DNA from: Nitrospinota bacterium
GTDB lineage: Bacteria > UBA8248
NCBI GenBank assembly: GCA_030754595.1
Contig: JASLZZ010000094.1
Span: 1 to 54,845, forward strand
Reading direction: 5' to 3'
DNA length: 54,845 nt
Shown here: positions 1 to 6,193 of the stretch, one piece after another
How the letters are laid out: the number at the start of each line of letters is the position of its first letter
How positions within the stretch are numbered: the first letter of the stretch is position 1
Position numbers and translations under genes: made by a program
The notes under the pieces: model-generated
Database searches by the model: none
Told to the model about the DNA's origin: nothing
What the model saw: only the letters and a program-made list of their open reading frames with translations

Positions 1-554
1 GCCGCGAAGAGGGAGGTGTCCGACGCCCTCCCCGCGAGGATCACCTCCGCCCCCTCGTCGAGCGCTCGGTTGATGGGCTCGTGGCCCATCATCCCGACGA
101 TGTGGGCGCTGCGATCGATGACCTCCTCCGTCAACTCGGGGGCGGGATTGAGGGGCTTGATGCGACCCTCCCGTAGGCGCTGTTTGAGGTAGCCTTTTTC
201 CTGCTCGCTCCGGATGAGGGCCAACCGGAAACGGAGGCCCTCCTCCTGGGCGATCTCGAGGCAGATGTCGCGCATCCAGTTCACCCCGATGTCGCCTCCA
301 CCGGTGCCGCAGGAGCCGACGATGAGCGGGACGCCCAGCCGCCTCCTTCCCAAGAGCATGAGTCGGAGATCCCTTTTGGTGCCTTCGCGGGAGAAGTGTG
401 GGGACCCCGAGCCGAGAAAGGCCGGACCGGAGTCCGTCGAGCCAGCATCGCAGGCGATGACGTGGGGCTTCAGGGAGATACCCCGCTCGAAGGAGGATTC
501 GAGGAAACCGGATCCGATCACTCCGGTGGCCGCCAATACTTGAACTTCGAGCAT
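1..554 (-). CDS. Acyclic terpene utilization AtuA family (DUF1446) protein, 3' end truncated by window
   Basis: Manual translation from ATG at 554 (RBS GAAGGAG): MLEVQVLAATGVIGSGF...DAGSTDSGP...VGSCGTGG...GMMGHEP...AGRASDT; frame open to window edge; absent from ORF track. Confidence 0.8.
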   Translation of the reverse strand, partial: MLEVQVLAATGVIGSGFLESSFERGISLKPHVIACDAGSTDSGPAFLGSGSPHFSREGTKRDLRLMLLGRRRLGVPLIVGSCGTGGGDIGVNWMRDICLEIAQEEGLRFRLALIRSEQEKGYLKQRLREGRIKPLNPAPELTEEVIDRSAHIVGMMGHEPINRALDEGAEVILAGRASDTSLFA

Positions 555-791
555 GGTGACGCTCCTTCAGGCAAAAGATGGTAACTGTGCAGGTACGACG
601 ATTCTTTGGTTTTGAATTGCCGTCTTAAAAAACAATGTCTTTGATTGTGGAATTTTATCATACCCTCCGAAGTCAGGCCTGTGCATGGCGAATTACTAAT
701 CCACCACCAAAGGATCCGAAAACGCGCCAGCGGGGGCGGAGTAGGTCGGTGCGGGTGTGTTGTGCAGAGCCCTATCGACCCCATCAAATTT

Positions 792-813
792 GGTGTCCAT
801 ATGGGTGTCCATA
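792..813. repeat. Tandem direct repeat GGTGTCCATA x2 (12-bp period)
   Basis: Copies at 792-801 and 804-813. Confidence 0.7.
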
Positions 814-1031
814 ACCGGTGTGTATCAGTACCAACCGATGTTATTCAGGCTCACCTCGATTTATATACAACTCTTTGAGATTTATAGCTCAGGTTCACTT
901 GATGCCACTCCCTGTCACTCAGTCCAAAAACCCTGGAAATGCCCTCATCATGCAGAAGGCTTACCGGAAGCTGAACGGTAGCTGAGCCCGACCGGCTCCG
1001 GTTGATCGGCCCTGACAGGCGAAATCGCAGG

Positions 1032-1063
1032 TTGATTCCGTACTATAGTACGGGGTATAGAAT
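1032..1063 (+). promoter_or_regulatory. MerR-type promoter/operator 1
   Basis: TTGATT(1032)-CCGTAC TATA GTACGG-GGTA-TAGAAT(1058): perfect dyad inside a 20-bp spacer, matching the CCGTAC-N4-GTACGG mer operator. Confidence 0.9.
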
Positions 1064-1114
1064 TTCTAATCACCTGCGACCACCAGTGTTTTGCGTAAAA
1101 AGGGGAGAGGGACG

Positions 1115-1609
1115 ATGGTGGAAAAAAAAGAGATTCGGCTCGCCGAAATTTTCAAGATGTTGTTGGTGAAAACGGGGGTTAGCCTCTGATGCGCGCCGTC
1201 TCTGGTCCCGGGTCTCGGGGCCGCTATCATCGGCGCGCTGGGTAGCCTGACGGTTTACCGGCCCTATTTCGTTGCATTTGCAATCGTCGCTCTTGTGTGG
1301 ACGTTCTTTCGCCATTACGGGTGGTGTATATCAAGGTCTTGGGGAGAAGGTTTCTCGGCGATTTTCGTTTGCCTCCGTCCCTCGAGCGAACGGGACGCCG
1401 GGCTCTACATCGGTTCGCTCCTCGTCCTTGCTGTGATTATCGCGCCGCCTTGGAGCGTGACCCAGTATTTCAAACCCGCGAACCCTTGCGCGGTATCCTA
1501 TCCTCGGCAGAGGGTCGTCCCTGCTGCGGAATCTCCGCGTCCCATAATTCAACAGATTTCGGAATCCAGTAATCCCTGCGATTCCGGGAATCAGCACTCG
1601 GTCCATTAA
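1115..1609 (+). CDS. MerT-like membrane protein, predicted selenoprotein (U-C motif), 164 aa
   Basis: ATG 1115 after GGAGAGG; TGA 1187-1189 in SL-U-CAPSL; LTVYRPYF motif; same frame as ORF 1295-1609; hairpin 1204-1222. Confidence 0.75.
1204..1222 (+). promoter_or_regulatory. SECIS-like hairpin
   Basis: GGTCCCG-ggtct-CGGGGCC; loop starts 21 nt after UGA. Confidence 0.65.
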
Positions 1610-1654
1610 TCCCTAGGCCAGTTCGTAGCGATACCCTGGCTTTTCCGGTCCGGC

Positions 1655-1676
1655 TTGACTTCGTATATGGGCATGG
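1655..1676 (+). promoter_or_regulatory. Possible degenerate MerR operator
   Basis: TTGACT-TCGTAT ATGG GCATGG; two mismatches per half-site; -10 element unclear. Confidence 0.3.
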
Positions 1677-1732
1677 AGTGTGGGTTTAAATCCGGAGGAC
1701 GCCCTCCGGCCCGCGCCGCCGAGGTGAATATA

Positions 1733-2206
1733 ATGACGGATACCGAAGCGAAGAAAAGAATTGGTTGGATGGGTTCTATTTTTTCAGGAGCTGCCTCCAC
1801 TGCTTGATGAGTCCCGGCGCTGGCTCCGAGTCTCGGAGCCTCGATTTTTGGCGGCCTTGGCAGCTTAACGGCCTATCGCCCTTACTTCTTGATTTTTGCG
1901 GCCGCTTCGCTGGCGTGGATGTTTTTTCGCCACTTTAAGAACCGCGTCTCCATCGCATGGACACGGGGCGCGGCTGCGGTACTTGCCGAGTTTAAGCCAC
2001 GAAGCGGCACGGACTACCGCCTTTACCTGGGAGCGGCAGCGGTGATCCTCTTGATGGCCTTTCCGCAATGGGGACGGCCTCTTCTTGCGAAGCCTAACAA
2101 CCCCTGCGCGGCGGCGAATCCTTGCGCTACGACAAATCCTTGCGCAGCGGTAAACCCCTGCGCGGCGGCGAATCCCTGCGGTGCCAAGCCCCCAAGCCGA
2201 AAGTAA
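1733..2206 (+). CDS. MerT-like membrane protein, predicted selenoprotein with tandem U-U and NPCxxx repeat tail, 157 aa
   Basis: ATG 1733 after GAGGTG; TGA TGA at 1805-1810 in AASTA-U-U-VPALAP; LTAYRPYF; same frame as ORF 1889-2206; hairpin 1822-1840. Confidence 0.78.
1822..1840 (+). promoter_or_regulatory. SECIS-like hairpin
   Basis: GGCTCCG-agtct-CGGAGCC perfect stem; loop 21 and 18 nt after the two UGAs. Confidence 0.7.
2099..2182 (+). repeat. 18-bp coding tandem repeat x5 (NPCAAA-like)
   Basis: Units start at 2099, 2117, 2135, 2153, 2171: NPCAAANPCATTNPCAAVNPCAAANPCG. Confidence 0.9.
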
Positions 2207-2268
2207 TTTTCTACACCCATCGAATGGTTTCAATTCGGGATGGCTGTTTGGCGCCTTGCGTGAGCGGC

Positions 2269-2300
2269 TTGACCCCGTACCTAGGTACAGGCTACAGGAT
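2269..2300 (+). promoter_or_regulatory. MerR-type promoter/operator 2
   Basis: TTGACC(2269)-CCGTAC CTAG GTACAG-GCTA-CAGGAT(2295); same geometry as site 1 with one dyad mismatch. Confidence 0.8.
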
Positions 2301-2352
2301 ACTCCCATCGCGGCGCGGCCGCCTATTGTTTCGCTGAAGACAGGAGAAAGAA

Positions 2353-2598
2353 ATGAACGAAGGCGTAAAAGAAGTCATCGTTTACTCGTCCACGACCTGA
2401 CCCCCATGCAAGGCCGTGAGAGAGTTTCTCTCACATCATGGTATTCCCTTCACGGAAAACCTCGTGGATCAAGATTCCCAGGCGCTCGAAGCGTTTAAAA
2501 AAACCGGCTCGCGCGGCACGCCTACAATTCTCGTCGGGGACGAGATGGTGATCGGTTTTGATCGCGGGCGGCTTGAGCAGCTTTTAGGAATCAAATAA
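2353..2598 (+). CDS. Glutaredoxin/NrdH-like selenoprotein (U-P-P-C), 81 aa
   Basis: ATG 2353 after AGGAG; VIVYSSTT-U-PPCKAVREFL...TPTILVGDEMVIGFD; TGA 2398-2400; hairpin GTGAGAGA-gtt-TCTCTCAC 2416-2434. Confidence 0.88.
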
Positions 2599-2612
2599 CG
2601 GGAGCCCGGAAA

Positions 2613-2909
2613 ATGGCAGCAAAGGAGCGGTGGCTTTTCTGTCCGGTATGAGGCCAGGCGATTCCCGTACCGGCCGGTACATCGTATGACGAATTGTTCG
2701 ATTGTCCCAACTGCGCGGGCATCATGCTTCGCCTCGGCGAAGAGAACGGAGAAGATGTCCTTCGCGCGGCGCAATTGATTTCTTGTCCTGGCTGCGGCGA
2801 GCGATTGCCCATCGATGATGATACGCCGCCGGGGACCCTCATCCGGCATGACGGGGCCGAGTTTGTCCTGACCAAGGAGTTCGGAGCTTTTGCGCTGGAG
2901 AGTTCGTGA
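2613..2909 (+). CDS. Small zinc-ribbon-like protein, predicted selenoprotein (C-P-V-U, CPNC, CPGC), 98 aa
   Basis: ATG 2613 after GGAG; TGA 2649-2651 completes a CxxC-type motif; same frame as ORF 2694-2909; hairpin GTACC-ggcc-GGTAC 2667-2680. Confidence 0.78.
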
Positions 2910-2949
2910 AGATCCCGGAGCGATAACGCTACGGGACAGGAGGCCGATC

Positions 2950-3357
2950 ATGGACGCGATGACGATTGGCATACTTGCCCGGAAGGCGGATGTGAACGTC
3001 GAGACCATCCGCTATTACGAGAGACGCGGCCTCATAGAGTGTCCCCGGGAGCGGCGGGGCGCATATCGCGTCTATCCCGTTGAAACCGCATCCCTTGTCC
3101 GAAGCATCAAACGGGCGCAATCGCTCGGATTTTCGCTCAAGGAAATCAAAGAGCTAATGTCGCTTCGCCTGGACGAGGAAGCGATGTGCGGCGACGTTTT
3201 GGCCCGGACGGAAAAAAAGATCGCCGAAATAGACGAGAAACTTCGTTCGCTTCGGGCGGTGAAAAAACAACTCGTCCGGCTCGCTTCCGCTTGCCGTGAG
3301 ACGGCGCCCGCCTCGGAGTGCCCGATTCTAGAGGCGTTCGAGGGAAAAGGCGTGTAA
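2950..3357 (+). CDS. merR: MerR family heavy-metal responsive regulator
   Basis: MTIGILARKADVNVETIRYYERRGL HTH; AQSLGFSLKEIKEL; three Cys (MCGD, SAC, ECPIL) spaced like the Hg(II)/divalent MerR ligand set. Confidence 0.88.
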   Translation: MDAMTIGILARKADVNVETIRYYERRGLIECPRERRGAYRVYPVETASLVRSIKRAQSLGFSLKEIKELMSLRLDEEAMCGDVLARTEKKIAEIDEKLRSLRAVKKQLVRLASACRETAPASECPILEAFEGKGV

Positions 3358-3455
3358 TGCCTCCCCCTCCCTCCCCCAGCGCGGGGAATGTTTTTCCTCC
3401 CCCAGCGTTAAAGAAAGGTCCGGGCAAGTGCTTTCTTGGTTGGGAGAAAAAACCG

Positions 3456-4136
3456 ATGAACCCCAAAAACAATGGAGTTTTCGCAGGAATTTTGGGCGTT
3501 TCGTGTTGCGTCGTCCCTCTGATTCTAGTCGCGGCGGGGCTGGGCGGGAGCCTGCTCACTGTTTTTTTGGTGAAATATAAAGTTTATTTGATGACCTTGG
3601 CCGTGGCGGCGTTGTCACCGGCCTAGGCGCAGTACCTGCGCGAGGCGAAGGAATGCGAGACGCAGTTTTGCGCGATTACGGGCGGAAAATACCGTAAGTG
3701 GATGCTCGGGGCGAATACGGCGATGGTCTTGTTTTTCCTGATTGTCACCTACACCCCGGCGGGCGCGCTCGTGGGTGTCGATTTTCAAAGCGATGAATTT
3801 CCTGGGGCCGTGTCGAGTCTTCGGAAAGAGGCTACAGCCGCCATCCCTCCACTTGACCCGCGGTTCACATCGGGCAGGCCGGTCCGGGAGAGAGTCGATA
3901 AGACGCGCTACGAGCGGCTGACCCTTCGTGTCGAGGGGATGAGCTGACCTTTCACCTGACCGCAACTGGTCGCAGGGGCCTTGGACAGGCTTCCCGGTGT
4001 GAGAGTAAAAAACGTCAGCTACGCCAAGGCGCAGGCTGAGGTGCTCTACGATCCCCAAAAGGCCACCGTCGCTCAGATGGCCGGGGCTCTCGCTAAATTT
4101 AAATACAAGGCCTATCCGCTGAAAGCATCGAATTAA
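3456..4136 (+). CDS. MerT-like transporter fused to an HMA (MerP-like) domain; two predicted Sec; interrupted by in-frame TAG (possible pseudogene)
   Basis: Single frame: VSCCVVPLIL...ALSPA-TAG(3624)-AQYLR...C..C...LRVEGMS-TGA(3945)-PFT-TGA(3957)-PQLVAGALDRLPGV...AEVLYDPQKATVAQM...TAA 4134-4136. Confidence 0.75.
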
Positions 4137-4149
4137 GGGACAAATTGAA

Positions 4150-4407
4150 ATGAACCGCGAACCCTTGGAGACGGGAGACCAGAGAGAGGACCCGCCGGCG
4201 AAAGGTTTCGCCGGGAAGGCGCTTCTGGCGGCGGCTTTTTTTACCTGCCCCTGCCACCTCCCGGTTTATTCCGTTCGCTTTGGAGGGACGGCGCTGGGCG
4301 CCTACCTTGCCGGGTACGTGTGGTTTTCCGCCGCCGTCCTTACGGTGGTGTTTCTCTTTTCCTTCCTCGCGGGGATGCGAATGATTAAAGCCGGGGAAGC
4401 AACCTAG
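4150..4407 (+). CDS. merE: MerE-like mercury transport protein
   Basis: FFTCPCHLP...GGTALGAYL motif and two TM segments. Confidence 0.75.
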   Translation: MNREPLETGDQREDPPAKGFAGKALLAAAFFTCPCHLPVYSVRFGGTALGAYLAGYVWFSAAVLTVVFLFSFLAGMRMIKAGEAT

Positions 4408-4489
4408 TTGCCTCCGCAAACAGTTGAATTTTTAATGTTTAACGCTTTAAGGTCGCTTCTTCCTCTTTACTTCCAAATCAACGCTTGGC

Positions 4490-4518
4490 TTGGCATCTCC
4501 TGGAGCCAGTGTTAAAAT
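4490..4518 (+). promoter_or_regulatory. Putative sigma70 promoter of trxB
   Basis: TTGGCA-17 bp-TAAAAT. Confidence 0.5.
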
Positions 4519-4598
4519 CGCCCCCGTTTTGCGCTTGAATGATGCCGGACCGCAATACTTCCATAGCCGTCGTCGACCCAGCCGAAGGAGTTTTTGCC

Positions 4599-5558
4599 GT
4601 GGCAGAGAGAGATTTTGAAATCATCATTGTGGGTGCGGGCCCGGCGGGTTTGACGGCAGGCCTTTACGTCTCGCGCTCGAAGATCAGTGTCATGTGTTTT
4701 GAAAAGCTCGCCCCGGGCGGCGAAATTCTCAATACCGAGCACGTTGAGGACTATCCGGGTTTCGAAATGATTGGCGGTCCGGAGCTCGCTCAGAAATTTA
4801 CCGATCATGCCGTTAAATTCGGCCTCAAAATCGAGATGGAGGAAGTCTCCGAAATCCGAAAAGACGGCGACGATTTTTTCGTCAAGACCGACATGGGCGA
4901 ATACCGCTGCGGCGCGGTGATTTATACGGCTGGCGGTTTTCCGCGAAAACTCGATATTCCAGGCGAGGAGAAATATGCCGGAAAGGGAGTGAGCTACTGT
5001 GCCTTATGCGACGGCGCTTTTTTCCAGGATGAAGTCATCACCGTCGTCGGCGGGGGGAACAGCGCGGTCGAAGAGGCCCAGTTCCTCACGAAGTACGGCT
5101 CGAAAGTCTATCTCGTTCACAGGCGCCAAGGGTTTCGGGCGCACCAAGTGGCCGTGGACAAGCTCACGGAAAACGAAAAGGTCGAATTCATTCTCAACCA
5201 TGTGGCCGAGGAAGTGATCGGAGACGACAAGGAGATGAAGGCGATTCGCCTGAAAAATGTCAAAACCGGCGAAACGCAGGATATTGAAGCCAACGGGCTT
5301 TTCGTCTTCGTCGGGTTTATCCCGAACACCGATATCATCAAGGAAGATGTGGAAAAAGACGAAAGCGGGTTCATCATTACCGATCAGAACATGGAGACAA
5401 ATATACCCGGCCTTTTTGTTGCCGGCGATTGCAGGAGCCAGTTAATCAGGCAGATTACGAACGCCTCCGGCGATGCGACAACGGCGGCCGTGGCGGCCGA
5501 AAAATACCTGGAAGCCCAGGAAGACGCCAAGAAAGAGTCCGCCCCCGCCGCTTCGTAA
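4599..5558 (+). CDS. trxB: Thioredoxin-disulfide reductase
   Basis: GAGPAGLTA, GVSYCALCDG, VGGGNSAVEEA, GLFVAGD; GTG start after GAAGGAG. Confidence 0.95.
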   Translation: MAERDFEIIIVGAGPAGLTAGLYVSRSKISVMCFEKLAPGGEILNTEHVEDYPGFEMIGGPELAQKFTDHAVKFGLKIEMEEVSEIRKDGDDFFVKTDMGEYRCGAVIYTAGGFPRKLDIPGEEKYAGKGVSYCALCDGAFFQDEVITVVGGGNSAVEEAQFLTKYGSKVYLVHRRQGFRAHQVAVDKLTENEKVEFILNHVAEEVIGDDKEMKAIRLKNVKTGETQDIEANGLFVFVGFIPNTDIIKEDVEKDESGFIITDQNMETNIPGLFVAGDCRSQLIRQITNASGDATTAAVAAEKYLEAQEDAKKESAPAAS

Positions 5559-5608
5559 TATGATATTCTCCGGCGGATGGTGAATTAACGCCGAACGGGA
5601 GATTTGAA

Positions 5609-6169
5609 ATGCAGCTTTCGACTGCTATCAGGCGGTTTTTTCTATATGATATTGTCCGGGGGTTGACGATTACGCTCCGTCATCTGGTCAAGAAACCGGT
5701 TACGCTTCAATACCCCGACGAGCGATGGGAGATGGCTGAGCGCTTTCGCGGTTTTCTGGGTTTGACGCGCGATTTCCAAACGGGCGAGGAGAACTGTATC
5801 GGCTGCCTGAATTGCGAGAAAGCCTGCCCGGTGGATTGCATCACTATTTCCACTGCGGGCAAGGGTCGCGAGATGTATGCCTGGGAATTTTATATAGACT
5901 ACATGAGGTGCATGTACTGCGGTTTGTGCGTGGAGTCGTGCCCGACCACCCCGAAATCCATCGTTCATACGAACCAGTACGAGACCACCGGTTACTTTCG
6001 TGACGATTTGGTCTTCGAGAAAGAGCGCCTCTATGATATTTGGGAGAAAGAGTCGAATTTTAACGGCCCCCGTCCCTGGGGAAAACTCTTCGGTCTCCGC
6101 AACATGGAAAACGAAAGGCGGCCGGTCGAGCCGGAGCCGGAGGCAGAAGCGGCCGCTCCCGCGGAATAG
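5609..6169 (+). CDS. nuoI: NADH-quinone oxidoreductase subunit I (2x 4Fe-4S)
   Basis: VTLQYPDE, RFRG, CIGCLNCEKACP, CMYCGLCVESCP. Confidence 0.9.
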   Translation: MQLSTAIRRFFLYDIVRGLTITLRHLVKKPVTLQYPDERWEMAERFRGFLGLTRDFQTGEENCIGCLNCEKACPVDCITISTAGKGREMYAWEFYIDYMRCMYCGLCVESCPTTPKSIVHTNQYETTGYFRDDLVFEKERLYDIWEKESNFNGPRPWGKLFGLRNMENERRPVEPEPEAEAAAPAE

Positions 6170-6193
6170 AACCTTTCTTATCGGCGGCATCCA

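Noticed and set aside
2099..2182. CRISPR-like array
   Set aside because: Contiguous 18-bp in-frame coding repeats without spacers; no cas genes
3370..3407. CCTCCCCCAGCG direct repeat between merR and the MerT-HMA gene
   Set aside because: Only two low-complexity copies and no recognisable operator
3624..3626. Pyrrolysine at the TAG
   Set aside because: No pyl genes in the window, TAG is the normal stop for atpA, atpG and atpD, and the position fits Trp
1115..4136. Reading the mer-like genes as decayed pseudogenes
   Set aside because: Seven of eight internal stops are TGA at Cys-motif positions, nearly all with downstream hairpins, and there are no frameshifts; random decay would not give this pattern. 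Only the TAG looks like damage
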